DNA of 32,000 bases, taken from contig OY969425.1 of the NCBI GenBank assembly GCA_963699255.1, forward strand, positions 1,440,001 to 1,472,000, read 5' to 3'. The notes under the pieces were generated by a model. It saw only the letters and a list, made by a program, of their open reading frames with translations, did not search any database and was not told where the DNA came from. Position numbers and translations under genes: made by a program. The DNA comes from an uncultured bacterium (GTDB lineage Bacteria > Margulisbacteria > WOR-1 > CAVSGV01). Position 1 is the first letter of the stretch; the number at the start of each line of letters is the position of its first letter. Positions 6,564 through 16,303 of the stretch are shown here, in pieces.

Positions 6564-7681
6564 GTGAAAAAAACAACTATTTACGCAATTTTTTTTGTGT
6601 TTGCTCTGATGTTCAATGCTTCTTACGGCGAAGACACCAGCAATGAGCAGCAAAAACTGTTAAAGATCCAGACAGAGCTGGCGGAGCAAAAACAAAAACT
6701 TAGATTAACGCGCGCGGAAGAACAGAGGGCCCTGAGCAGCCTTTTTGTCATTAAAAAGAACCTCTCGCTCGCGAAAAAAAGTTTGAGCGAGGCAAAGGGC
6801 AGGGTAAATTATAACCAAAAGAGGATGGCCGAGCTTAAGAAGGAGCTTGCGGCTGCCGAGATCAGCATACGGGACGAAAGCTATAACCTGAAACACAGGA
6901 TAAGGGAAGTTTATAAGAGCGGAAGCGGAGGGTTCCTGGATATCCTGTTCGCGTCCAGGTCCATGTCCGATTTTATAAACAGGACCTATTACTTCGGCCG
7001 TATCATCAATAAAGATGTTGAGCTCATCAGCGATATAAGGCAGCAGGTTGAACAGATAAGGTCGGCGAGAGTACAGCTTGAATCATCGAACAGGGAGATC
7101 AGGGACTCTTTAAAGGTGATCGAAACCCAGAAGCGCGAGATCTCCAGGGCCGACGCCGAGGGGCAAAGGACATATAAGTTTTTGCACGGCAGGCGCAGGA
7201 ATATGAGAGGCGCGTCAGGGAGCTTGAAGCAAGCAGCCTCGAGATCGAGCGGTTCGTCAGGTCCCGCGGAAGGTCGACGGCTGTTTCTTCCGGAAAGTTC
7301 AGCTGGCCTATTGCGGGCAGTATCAGGATCGTTTCAAAGTTCGGATATAGAAGGCACCCGATCTGGGGAAGGCTTGATTTCCATACCGGGGTCGACATAG
7401 CGGCTGCGTATGGAAAACCGATAATGTGCGCTGACAGCGGAGAGGTAATATACAGCGGATGGTGGGACGGGTATGGAAAAGCTGTGGTCATTGATCACGG
7501 CAGGGGGTATACTACTGTTTACGGCCATATGTCCAGGATCTACATACAGGCGGGCCAAAAGGCGGAAAAGAACCAGGTAATAGGACTCGTGGGAAGCACA
7601 GGTTTTGCAACAGGACCGCATCTGCATTTTGAAATAAGGTATAATGGCAAGCCGGTTAACCCGCTACCTTTCCTGATCTGA
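6564..7681 (+). pseudogene. EnvC-like coiled-coil M23/LytM peptidase, split by a -1 frame change at a T5 run
   Basis: A GTG at 6564 gives a signal-like MKKTTIYAIFFVFALMFNASYG and a coiled-coil N-half. Frame 3 loses sense after AEGQRTYKF at ttttt (7179-7183). Frame 2 (open from 7178) continues ARQAQEYERRVRELEASSLEIERF...FSWPIAGSIRIVSKFGYRRHPIWGRLDFHTGVDIAA...GYGKAVVIDHG...GSTGFATGPHLHFEIR. Confidence 0.8.
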
Positions 7682-7705
7682 AAAAAATATTAAGGAGGAA
7701 AATGA

Positions 7706-8983
7706 ATGAGTAAGAAGAACATTGTTATCATATTGATCCTTTTTACGGTGTTATCGATCTTCATAGCGGGTGACGCAAAGAAGGCGAGATCGGCAGATGA
7801 CCTGGAGTCAAAGCTGAACATATACCTTCAGGTCCTGGACGCCGTTAAGAACGATTATGTTAATAAGAACCTGGACAATACGAAGCTGATGTACGGATCC
7901 ATAAGGGGACTGCTTGATTCCCTAGACGATCCGTATACAAGGTTCCTGGAACCAAACTCATACAAAGAAATGAAAATAAGGCTTTCCGGCTCCTATTCGG
8001 GCATCGGCATATATATAGGTATCAAGGATAAACAGCTGATAGTGATCTCTCCGATAAAGGGCACTCCGGCATGGCAGGCAGGCCTGAAGCCGAGAGATAA
8101 AATATTGGCCATTGAAGGCAAGCAAACCAAGGATATGGCGCTTGATGAAGCGGTAAGTTTGATAAGGGGGCCGAGTGGATCACTGGTGACCATGTCGATA
8201 TTAAGGGGATCGGCCAGGGAGCCGAAAGATTACAAGATAGCGAGAGAAAAGATCGTTATCAAGAGCGTTGAAACGGACATATTGGAAGGGAACTTAGGGT
8301 ATATTAAGCTGAACACTTTTGAGAACCAGAATGCCGCTGAAGATATGGAAAAAGCCCTTAACAATATGAAAGATAAACAGATAAAGGGGATCGTACTGGA
8401 TGTAAGGAATAACGGAGGGGGTCTCCTTCAGAACGCGATCGAGATCGGCAGTATGTTCATAAAGGACGGGACGATAGTGTATACGGTCGACCGGGAAGGC
8501 AAAAAGGAAACGATAAGCAGCACCGGAAATCTGGTATGGAACAGGCCCATCGTCATGCTTATAAACGAGTCAAGCGCGTCGGCATCGGAGATCCTTGCGG
8601 GAGCTCTTCATGACAATCACATAGCCACTCTTGTTGGAACAAGATCGTTCGGTAAAGCATCGGTACAGAACGTGAAGCAGCTCGAGGACGGCTCCGCCAT
8701 ACTGCTGACGATCGCGAAGTACCTTACTCCGAACGGAACGGACATTATGAAGAAGGGCATTGAACCTGATTACGTTGTGGAGATACCAACATCGGAGGCC
8801 GATGCCGCCCTGGAAACGGACGAAAAGACCGCCGATGTCGAGAAAGATCCTCAACTCAAAAAAGCTGTTGAGATACTGTCAGGATTGATCGTCGGGGTAC
8901 ACCCCGGAGTGAAAAAGAACAAATACTTCAGGGCAAATATAAGAGGCGGAAGGGCAAGAAAGGTCAGTGCGGTTTCGCTTTAA
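7706..8983 (+). CDS. ctpA: Carboxy-terminal processing peptidase (S41 family, PDZ-containing)
   Basis: AAGGAGGA RBS and an N-terminal signal or anchor. DDPYTRFLEP, a PDZ segment (GTPAWQAGLKPRDKILAIEGK), GIVLDVRNNGGGLL, SASASEILAGAL and GTRSFGKASVQ. Confidence 0.9.
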   Translation: MSKKNIVIILILFTVLSIFIAGDAKKARSADDLESKLNIYLQVLDAVKNDYVNKNLDNTKLMYGSIRGLLDSLDDPYTRFLEPNSYKEMKIRLSGSYSGIGIYIGIKDKQLIVISPIKGTPAWQAGLKPRDKILAIEGKQTKDMALDEAVSLIRGPSGSLVTMSILRGSAREPKDYKIAREKIVIKSVETDILEGNLGYIKLNTFENQNAAEDMEKALNNMKDKQIKGIVLDVRNNGGGLLQNAIEIGSMFIKDGTIVYTVDREGKKETISSTGNLVWNRPIVMLINESSASASEILAGALHDNHIATLVGTRSFGKASVQNVKQLEDGSAILLTIAKYLTPNGTDIMKKGIEPDYVVEIPTSEADAALETDEKTADVEKDPQLKKAVEILSGLIVGVHPGVKKNKYFRANIRGGRARKVSAVSL

Positions 8984-10031
8984 TAAAATCAGCTGGGAAA
9001 ATTTTAAAAAGAGTAAAAATGTAAAGTTCCACGTTGACTGGAAGGGCTTTAGAGAGAAGATAAAGCTCCACGTTCACTGGAAGGATTTCAGGAAGAGCTT
9101 CAAGCTAAAGTTCAACATCGACTGGAAAGGCCTTAGAGAAAATAAAAAGTTAAAGATCAATATCGGCCTGGTTGTGATATTGATAGTATTTTTTGTGATC
9201 TTTCCGGACATTATCATTTCCGTGTACAGGGTCGGGCATCACGTGGAGAAGAAGCCTGAAGAGAAAAAGGCGGTCCATCTGGAGGTGCCCGTAGCATTGC
9301 CTAAGGCACCACCAAGGGCGCAGCGAATAAAGCAGAGAGCGAAGATCCGCGCGCCCAAAAAAGCTAATGTCAGGGTGGCGATAATACTTGATGATGCGGG
9401 AGGGAAGATCCCCGATTATCACGAGATATGTTCCATTAAGGAGCCTTTGACGATAAGCGTTATTCCGGACCTGCCGGACTCCAGAAATGTTGCAAAAGCC
9501 ATGTCGGACGCCGGATTCGAGGTAATGCTCCATCTTCCAATGGAATCCGTGAACGCGAATTACAGGAAATCGGGCGGCGGCATGATCTCCTGCTTCGACA
9601 GTGATGATGAGATAAGAAAGACAGTGCTTGACGACCTGGCAAGCGTGAAATGGGTCGTTGGGGTCAATAACCATATGGGATCAAAAGCTACTGCGGATGA
9701 AAGGGTAATGAATGCGGTCTTTAACGCTCTGAAAGGCAGGGGGCTTTTTTTTATCGACAGCAGAACATCGAGTAAATCCATCGCTTATAAACTGGCAAAG
9801 AGCTTCCATATTCCCTCAGCGGAGAACAACATATTTCTTGACAGTGAAACGGGTCAGACCTATATTGAGGCCAGCTTCAGGCGCCTGATCTCAATGGCAG
9901 GACAGAATGGCTCTGCGATCGGCATTGGGCATGTAACAAGACCGATGACAATATCGGTGCTTAAAAAACTTATGCCCGAATACGAAAAGGACGGCGTTGA
10001 TTTTGTTTATGCTTCAGAGCTTGTGAAATGA
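8967..10031 (+). CDS. Divergent polysaccharide deacetylase (YibQ-like) with an N-terminal Trp/Lys repeat region and a membrane anchor
   Basis: VAIILDDAGG...LTISVIPDLP...MLHLPME...GVNNHMGSKATADERVM...LFFIDSRTS...IGIGHV. The start is uncertain: GTG at 8967 overlaps ctpA by 17 nt. Confidence 0.8.
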   Translation: MRFRFNKISWENFKKSKNVKFHVDWKGFREKIKLHVHWKDFRKSFKLKFNIDWKGLRENKKLKINIGLVVILIVFFVIFPDIIISVYRVGHHVEKKPEEKKAVHLEVPVALPKAPPRAQRIKQRAKIRAPKKANVRVAIILDDAGGKIPDYHEICSIKEPLTISVIPDLPDSRNVAKAMSDAGFEVMLHLPMESVNANYRKSGGGMISCFDSDDEIRKTVLDDLASVKWVVGVNNHMGSKATADERVMNAVFNALKGRGLFFIDSRTSSKSIAYKLAKSFHIPSAENNIFLDSETGQTYIEASFRRLISMAGQNGSAIGIGHVTRPMTISVLKKLMPEYEKDGVDFVYASELVK

Positions 10032-11035
10032 AAAAAACACTGCTGTTCGTTTTAATGTTATTTATTTTTTGCTCAGTGGGACTGGCAAAGGATGCTGACC
10101 AGGCTTCATATGTTATTGGTCCCGGGGACACGCTGGAGATCCACGCGTGGAACAAGGACAATCCGGATATCCTCGTTGTCAATCCTATTGCCATGACCCA
10201 GGGACAAACGGTAGTGTCCACCACTATCACATTCCAGGACATGCATTCCATTACGGTTTCGCGCGACGGGCGGATATATGTGCCTCTGGTAGGCGTTATA
10301 AAAGTGGAAGGATTATCGACGACAGACCTGGAGAACATGATAAAGAAGGGGCTGCGGTATTTCGCGCCGGACGCTTGGGTAACGATCCTGGTAAAGAACC
10401 CCAAGCCGGTAAGGGTATATGTGATGGGGCAGGTAGAGCATCCGGGCATGTACGGAATCCCCGACGGAAGACCGGAGGAATGCAGGCTGATAAATTTCAT
10501 TAATCTCGCCGGAGGATTCACGGCTTACGCCGAACTTAATCAGATATCCATCAAGGGGAACGGGACAATGGAGGTCGTTGATTTCTATAAGGTGGAAAAG
10601 GACGGCGACATAGGCCAGAACATCATTTTAAGGGACGGCGACACGGTCGTTGTCCCTCAAAAGTACAACCAGGTTTATGTGCTTGGTTATGTGGAAAGAC
10701 CCGGTCCCGTGAAATATATCGAAGGCGCCAATGTTTCCGACTATATCGGGAGCACCGGCGGCTTCACGAGATTCGCGGCAACGGACAACATCGGCATCAT
10801 CAGGGGCGATCCATCCAACCCGACCGTGATCAAGGTGCAGGTGAATAAATATCTTTCGTGGGACAGCAATTCACAGAGCCCGAAGATCCTTCCCGGCGAT
10901 GTCATATATGTTCCCCAATCATGGTTCGCGGATTGGGCTGACATGGCCGGCGTTCTCGTAGGCTTCAGGGACGCAAGGAATGCCACAAGGGACCTGATCT
11001 CTGCTCCCCAGTGGGATCCGAGCGTGAACAGGTGA
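10028..11035 (+). CDS. Polysaccharide export protein (Wza-like; Poly_export plus two SLBB-type domains)
   Basis: Signal peptide MKKTLLFVLMLFIFCSVGLA. YVIGPGDTLEI, VSRDGRIYVPLVGVIKVEGLSTTDLE, VYVMGQVEHPGMY, ILRDGDTVVVP, VYVLGYVERPG, ILPGDVIYVP. ATGA overlap with the upstream gene. Confidence 0.85.
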   Translation: MKKTLLFVLMLFIFCSVGLAKDADQASYVIGPGDTLEIHAWNKDNPDILVVNPIAMTQGQTVVSTTITFQDMHSITVSRDGRIYVPLVGVIKVEGLSTTDLENMIKKGLRYFAPDAWVTILVKNPKPVRVYVMGQVEHPGMYGIPDGRPEECRLINFINLAGGFTAYAELNQISIKGNGTMEVVDFYKVEKDGDIGQNIILRDGDTVVVPQKYNQVYVLGYVERPGPVKYIEGANVSDYIGSTGGFTRFAATDNIGIIRGDPSNPTVIKVQVNKYLSWDSNSQSPKILPGDVIYVPQSWFADWADMAGVLVGFRDARNATRDLISAPQWDPSVNR

Positions 11036-11039
11036 TAAG

Positions 11040-11996
11040 ATGGAACAAGAGCTGAACCTGCTTGACTATTTTAAGGTCATCCTTAAGTGGAAGAAATTCA
11101 TCATATCTTTCACCGGGATCGTTGTGATCCTTACGGTGCTCGCCTGTCTTGTAATACCGTGGACTTACAGGGCGGAGACGACCCTGCTTGTGCCTTCACA
11201 AAACAGAGGGTTGGAAGGGCTGATGGCTTTATCCTCAATGATAGGGGGGTCGACGGTGAACATGCCGACGGATATCAGCCAGTCGATGCTGGGAAGGTCC
11301 ACGAATTTTATGGACATCCTGAAAAGTAAAACGATCGCCGGCATGATCATAGACGGCCTTAACCTGGATAAATACTACCGCGCCAAGAACAAAGAAAACC
11401 TTATTCCGGTGATCCAAAAAAAGCTGAAGGTCAGGGAGCAAAAAGGATTGCTAAAGATCTATGCCCAGGACAGGGATCCCCGGCTTGCGGCGGATATAGC
11501 CAATTATTCCGCTATAGTGCTCGATGAATTCAACAAGAAAGGCAACATTCAGTTCGCAAGAAGGTTAAAGAACTTTATCAGGGAACAGCTTGCGGCGGCA
11601 AAGATCGACCTTGACGATGCGGAGGAAAGACTTAAGAAATTTGATATCCAATCCCAGATGGTGAAGATGTCGGAAAAAGAACTGTTGTCCGCGCGGCTTC
11701 TGAGGGACGTAAAGGTAAAGGAAGCGATATATACGATGCTGATGCAGGAATATGAAAAATCAAAGATAGATGAAGCAAAAGAAGAGCTGTTCTTTGAGGT
11801 CCTTGATCCGGCGCAGCCCCCGAAGCAGCCTTATATCCCAAAACCGTTCCTGTATTCCATCACGGCCCTTATGCTCGGCGGATTATGCGCGACATTTCTT
11901 GCGTTCTTTTTTGAATATCTGGAGGGGCTTGGCATAAAGATCCCGCAGATCGATTATGAAAAGGAGATAAAATGGGCGACCCAAAGGAAACGTTAG
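11040..11996 (+). CDS. Polysaccharide chain-length determinant (Wzz/PCP-like, no kinase domain)
   Basis: N-terminal LLDYFKVILKWKKFI followed by a TM helix, a central coiled-coil, a Pro-rich PAQPPKQPYIPKP motif and a C-terminal TM helix. Confidence 0.7.
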   Translation: MEQELNLLDYFKVILKWKKFIISFTGIVVILTVLACLVIPWTYRAETTLLVPSQNRGLEGLMALSSMIGGSTVNMPTDISQSMLGRSTNFMDILKSKTIAGMIIDGLNLDKYYRAKNKENLIPVIQKKLKVREQKGLLKIYAQDRDPRLAADIANYSAIVLDEFNKKGNIQFARRLKNFIREQLAAAKIDLDDAEERLKKFDIQSQMVKMSEKELLSARLLRDVKVKEAIYTMLMQEYEKSKIDEAKEELFFEVLDPAQPPKQPYIPKPFLYSITALMLGGLCATFLAFFFEYLEGLGIKIPQIDYEKEIKWATQRKR

Positions 11997-13039
11997 ACAA
12001 TATCGAAACGATCAGCAAAATAGACAGTCTCGGAATGCTGGCTCTCGTGGAAAAGCTTCCCGGCATGATGGAGGAAGGCTGGGTGCTGTCCGAAGCGCTG
12101 GACATTCAGAAGACCGGCAAGATCAGCAATCTTGTGATATCCGGCATGGGCGGGTCTGCGATAAGCGGCGACATTGTTTCGCTTGTGTTGAGGAACAAGG
12201 TCGATTTTCCCGTCTTTGTTAACCGGAATTACGGCTGCCCGAAATTCGTCGGCGCGAACACGCTGTTCCTTGCCGTAAGCTATTCCGGCAATACCGAAGA
12301 AACGCTCTCGGCGTTCAAAGAGGCCCTCAAGAGAGGCGCCAGGATCATCTCCGTATCTTCCGGCGGAGAGCTGAAAGAACTTTCAAAAAAGAACAGCGTG
12401 CCGTTCATGGAGATCCCGAAGGGCCTGCCGCCGAGGTCGGCGCTGGGATATCTTCTTTCTTCCCTTCTCAACCTGCTTAGCAAATCCGGCGCCGGAACTT
12501 TCAGATCGGACATTGACGAAACCATAAAGCTGCTCAAGCAGCTCACAAGGAAATACGGGGTTTCGTGCGCGTCCAGGGAGAACGATGTGAAAAAGATGGC
12601 GATAAGGCTCAACGGGCAAACTCCCGTGATCCTTGTGAGCGATGGGACCACTTATGCCGCCGGGCTCAGATGGAAGACACAGCTTAATGAGAACAGCAAG
12701 ACGACCGCGGTGCTTTCGGTATTTCCGGAACTCGATCACAACGATATCGTCAATTTCTCGTTCCTGAAGCAGGGGGAGCACAAATTTTCTTTTGTTGTAT
12801 TAAGGGACGAGGGCGACCCGGAGAGGATGAAGAAGCGCATAGAGGTGACAAAATCCCTGATAAGCGGTAATGTGGGGGGTATTGCGGAGGTCTGGTCCCA
12901 GGGTGAATCTGTCCTTGCGAGGACGATGTCGCTTATTTTTTACGGGGATTATCTCTCAGTGTACCTTTCCGTACTCTCCGGCATTGACCCGACACCCGTT
13001 GAGATAATAGAAAAACTGAAAAAGGAGCTTTCAAGATGA
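11972..13039 (+). CDS. Bifunctional phosphoglucose/phosphomannose isomerase-like SIS-domain protein
   Basis: IDSLGMLALVEKLP, VISGMGGSAISGD, LFLAVSYSGNTEETL, ISVSSGGEL. Confidence 0.7.
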   Translation: MGDPKETLDNIETISKIDSLGMLALVEKLPGMMEEGWVLSEALDIQKTGKISNLVISGMGGSAISGDIVSLVLRNKVDFPVFVNRNYGCPKFVGANTLFLAVSYSGNTEETLSAFKEALKRGARIISVSSGGELKELSKKNSVPFMEIPKGLPPRSALGYLLSSLLNLLSKSGAGTFRSDIDETIKLLKQLTRKYGVSCASRENDVKKMAIRLNGQTPVILVSDGTTYAAGLRWKTQLNENSKTTAVLSVFPELDHNDIVNFSFLKQGEHKFSFVVLRDEGDPERMKKRIEVTKSLISGNVGGIAEVWSQGESVLARTMSLIFYGDYLSVYLSVLSGIDPTPVEIIEKLKKELSR

Positions 13040-14103
13040 AAGCCATCATCATCGCCGGAGGCATGGGGACAAGGCTCAGGCCGCTTACATATAATATACC
13101 AAAGGCCATAGTGCCTCTGGCCAACAAACCCTTTGTGTTCCACCAGATCGAACTTTTGAGGAAGTTCGGAGTGACCGAAGTGATACTGAACCTTCATTAT
13201 CTCTCCGACAACATCAAGAACATTTTTGATGACGGGAAAAAACTCGGGGTAAAGATCGACTTTTCGATCGAGGAAAAGCCTCTCGGGACCGCCGGAGCGG
13301 TAAAGAACGCCGAGAAATTCTTTGACACCGGCCCGATGATCGTTTTCAACGGCGATATACTGACCGATATAAACCTGGAGAAAATGATAAAATTCCACAA
13401 AGAAATGAAAGGGAAGGCAACTCTGGCGCTCACGAGGGTTGATGATCCGACCCCGTACGGGCTTATCATAACCGATGAAAAGCAGAGGGTCATTGAATTC
13501 CGCGAGAAACCAAGCTGGGAGCACGTTACGGCAAATACCATCAACGCCGGAATATACGTTGTCGACCCCTTGATCTTCAAGCTTGTGCCCAAAGGGAAAG
13601 AGTTTTCGTTCGAGAGGCAGCTTTATCCTGGGCTTTTAGAGCGCGGAGAAAAGATCTACGGATATATAACGGATGCTTACTGGATGGATATCGGCGATCC
13701 TGTTAAATACCTGAAAGCCCACCATGACATTTTAAGCGGTGATGTGATGGCGGTAATTCCCGGCAACAAGATCAGCGCCAATATCTGGCTTGAGAGCGAC
13801 GCGAACATAAGCGGCACGGCCAAGGTGAGGGGCCCCGCTCTTATCGGCAGCCACGCGCGGATCGCGGAGGAAGCGATCATCGATGAATTCGTAGTTCTGG
13901 GGGAAGGCGTAACGGTTGGCAGGGGGTCAAGGCTGAAGAATTGCGTTGTGCACCCAAGGTCCGTGATAGGAGAGAACGTCAAGATTGAAGGCAGCATAAT
14001 CGGAGCGAACTGCACGATCGAAGATTTTTCCTCCGTGACGGGCGCCACGCTGGCTGACGGCACCATCTTAAAGAAAGGCACAAGGATTGGAGGGAACCCA
14101 TGA
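13036..14103 (+). CDS. NDP-sugar pyrophosphorylase (mannose-1-phosphate guanylyltransferase-like) with a C-terminal left-handed beta-helix
   Basis: MKAIIIAGGMGTRLRPLTYNIPKAIVPLANKP, EEKPLGTAGAV, VFNGDILTD, YWMDIGDP, followed by hexapeptide repeats. ATGA overlap upstream. Confidence 0.85.
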   Translation: MKAIIIAGGMGTRLRPLTYNIPKAIVPLANKPFVFHQIELLRKFGVTEVILNLHYLSDNIKNIFDDGKKLGVKIDFSIEEKPLGTAGAVKNAEKFFDTGPMIVFNGDILTDINLEKMIKFHKEMKGKATLALTRVDDPTPYGLIITDEKQRVIEFREKPSWEHVTANTINAGIYVVDPLIFKLVPKGKEFSFERQLYPGLLERGEKIYGYITDAYWMDIGDPVKYLKAHHDILSGDVMAVIPGNKISANIWLESDANISGTAKVRGPALIGSHARIAEEAIIDEFVVLGEGVTVGRGSRLKNCVVHPRSVIGENVKIEGSIIGANCTIEDFSSVTGATLADGTILKKGTRIGGNP

Positions 14104-15389
14104 TAAGGATTTTTTCCGGCAGTGAAGTAGACAAGAAAGTGCGCAGCATCACGTCCAAGGAAATGTTCTTTGACAGGAAAAAAGAAGAACAGGTAAGGGC
14201 GATCATCGACGATGTCAGGACGGGCAAAGACGCGGCTTTAATAAAGTACACAGAAAAGTTCGACGGCGTAACTTTGAAGATGGACGACATACAGGTCACG
14301 TCCAAGGAGATAAACGACGCGTACAAGGCCGTCGGGGATGATTATTTAAAGACATTGAAGACGGCCATAAGGAACATCACCTCTTATCACAAGCGGCAGA
14401 AAGCGGACGAATGGTTCGAGACGCTTCCCGATGACGTGATCCTTGGAATGAGGAACGTTCCAATAGACAGCGTCGGGGTTTATGTCCCGTGCGGCACCGC
14501 TGCCTATCCTTCTTCAGTGCTGATGAACGTCATACCCGCGCGGGTCGCGGGCGTAAAAGAAATAGTAATGGTCACGCCGCCCGGAAAAGGCGGGAAGTGC
14601 GACCCTCACATCCTTGTCGCGGCCGCTGAGGTCGGGGTCGGGAACATATTCAAGGTCGGCGGATGCCAGGCCATAGCCGCGCTTGCTTTCGGCACGGAGA
14701 CGGTCCCGAAGGTCGACAAGATAGTAGGGCCGGGCAATATTTACGTGACCCTGGCAAAGAAGGCGGTTTTCGGTCAGGTAGGCATCGACAAACTTGCCGG
14801 ACCTTCCGATGTATTGATAATCGCAGATGAGGATTCCGAACCCGAATTCATTGCCGCGGACATGCTCTCGCAGGCGGAACACGACCCCGATTCAACGGCG
14901 ATCCTGGTCACGACCTCTATGCCGGTCGCCAGGAAAGTGCTCAGGGAAATTGCAGGGCAGATCAAGAAGCTTAAGAGGATCAAGATCATAAAGGCTTCGC
15001 TGGACAACAACGGCGCGATATTCGTTGTTGATAGCCTGAAAAAAGCCGTTGAAATATCGAACAAGATAGCGCCCGAGCATCTGGAGATACTTTCAAGCCC
15101 GCCGCAGAACCTGCTCGAAAGGATCAGGAACGCGGGAGCGGTATTCCTTGGACCTCATTCTCCGGTCGTGGTGGGGGATTACATGGCTGGACCGAACCAT
15201 GTTCTGCCCACATCGGGATCGGCGAGGTTCTCTTCTCCGCTTTCCGTTTATGATTTCATAAAAAAGCAGAGCATTGTCGGATACACGAAACCTGCCCTGC
15301 GCTCGATACTGGCGGATATTAAAGTGTTTGCTGAAGTGGAGGGACTTGACGCGCACGCGAGGTCCGCGGAGATAAGATTTAAGTCTTAG
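14100..15389 (+). CDS. hisD: Histidinol dehydrogenase
   Basis: YTEKFDGV, VGVYVPCGTAAYPSSVLM, GGCQAIAALAFGT, KIVGPGNIYV, AGPSDVLIIAD, SQAEHDP, GDYMAGPNHVLPT. ATGA overlap upstream. Confidence 0.92.
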   Translation: MIRIFSGSEVDKKVRSITSKEMFFDRKKEEQVRAIIDDVRTGKDAALIKYTEKFDGVTLKMDDIQVTSKEINDAYKAVGDDYLKTLKTAIRNITSYHKRQKADEWFETLPDDVILGMRNVPIDSVGVYVPCGTAAYPSSVLMNVIPARVAGVKEIVMVTPPGKGGKCDPHILVAAAEVGVGNIFKVGGCQAIAALAFGTETVPKVDKIVGPGNIYVTLAKKAVFGQVGIDKLAGPSDVLIIADEDSEPEFIAADMLSQAEHDPDSTAILVTTSMPVARKVLREIAGQIKKLKRIKIIKASLDNNGAIFVVDSLKKAVEISNKIAPEHLEILSSPPQNLLERIRNAGAVFLGPHSPVVVGDYMAGPNHVLPTSGSARFSSPLSVYDFIKKQSIVGYTKPALRSILADIKVFAEVEGLDAHARSAEIRFKS

Positions 15390-15432
15390 ATCGTAAAATT
15401 GAATACTAACGCCATGCGCGCGTACCTCATGT

Positions 15433-15467
15433 GTGGTTGCAATTTGCAACCACCTCGTTTTTTTCTT
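15433..15467 (+). terminator. Rho-independent terminator after hisD
   Basis: Perfect 9-bp stem gtggttgca / tgcaaccac with a 3-nt loop, followed by ctcgttttttt. Confidence 0.8.
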
Positions 15468-15511
15468 TAGCAATTTCTGACTTCTAGTTTCGGATCCCTT
15501 ATTTCCACACG

Positions 15512-16072
15512 CTACTTCACAAACCCCACATTATACTTCCTGGTTGACCGCTCGATGGTCAACTTGCGTATATCGCGTACCAATTCGCGGATGTTCGCGT
15601 CGTGCTTGAAGACGCGCTTCTCCAAAAGCTCGATCTTCTTCGCCAGTTCCTGGTTATTTGAGATCATATGATGGATTTTGACGAATGCCCGCATGATCGC
15701 GATATTTACCACGATCGACCTTTCGCTATTTAGCACCGATGAAAGCATGGCCACCCCCTGTTCGGTAAAAGCATAAGGAAGATGTCTTCTTCCTCCCCAA
15801 CTTGACATCGCAATTTGCGATATCAAGTTTGATCGCTTTGTGCCTGAACTTGATGTGCCAAAATGGCACTTCAAGTTATTGTATTCTTCAACAGTTATCT
15901 GAAACATAAAATCCTCAGGGAAACGGGCATTATTCCTCTTCACCTGCTCATTCAATCTGAAAGTTTGAACGCCATACAATTCCGCCAGGTCCCTATCAAG
16001 CATCACCCTTTTACCTCTTATTTGATATATCCTTTTTTCGATCGCCTCATATGGGACTAGAGCTTTGTTCAT
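15512..16072 (-). CDS. ORF6N domain (KilA-N superfamily) DNA-binding protein
   Basis: IYQIRGKRVMLDRDLAELYGVQTFRLNEQVKRNNARFPEDFMFQIT...GGRRHLPYAFTEQGVAMLSSVLNSERSIVVNIAIMRAF, with a coiled-coil C-terminus. GGGGG RBS. Confidence 0.85.
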   Translation of the reverse strand: MNKALVPYEAIEKRIYQIRGKRVMLDRDLAELYGVQTFRLNEQVKRNNARFPEDFMFQITVEEYNNLKCHFGTSSSGTKRSNLISQIAMSSWGGRRHLPYAFTEQGVAMLSSVLNSERSIVVNIAIMRAFVKIHHMISNNQELAKKIELLEKRVFKHDANIRELVRDIRKLTIERSTRKYNVGFVK

Positions 16073-16194
16073 AGAACACCCCCGAACCGGTTATTAGAAA
16101 TTTTATTACCGTGTATTTTATTCGTGAGTATGGCAAAATTATGTAGTTATTTTCGACAAAAGCAGTAATTTCCAACAGCAGTTCTTGATATTTT

Positions 16195-16303
16195 TCCGAC
16201 TTCTTGCCTCTAATCTCTGATCTCTAACTTTTTCCTTCTTATTTCTTCCTTGTTCCTATTTTCCACTTTCCCCCCTCTACCACCTTGATTCTACCCTCAT
16301 CTT
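16195..16303. repeat. Copy C of the CTCTAATCTC family within a ~100-nt polypyrimidine (plus-strand) tract
   Basis: ctctaatctctgatctctaac at 16208-16228, then tttttccttcttatttcttccttgttcctattttccactttcccccctctaccacc. Confidence 0.7.

Noticed and set aside
7170-7190. Programmed -1 frameshift or transcriptional slippage at the T5 run in the M23 peptidase gene
   Set aside because: g ttt ttg is not a canonical X XXY YYZ heptamer. I see no downstream stimulatory structure. Five T residues is short for transcriptional slippage. I kept it only as a minor alternative in the finding.
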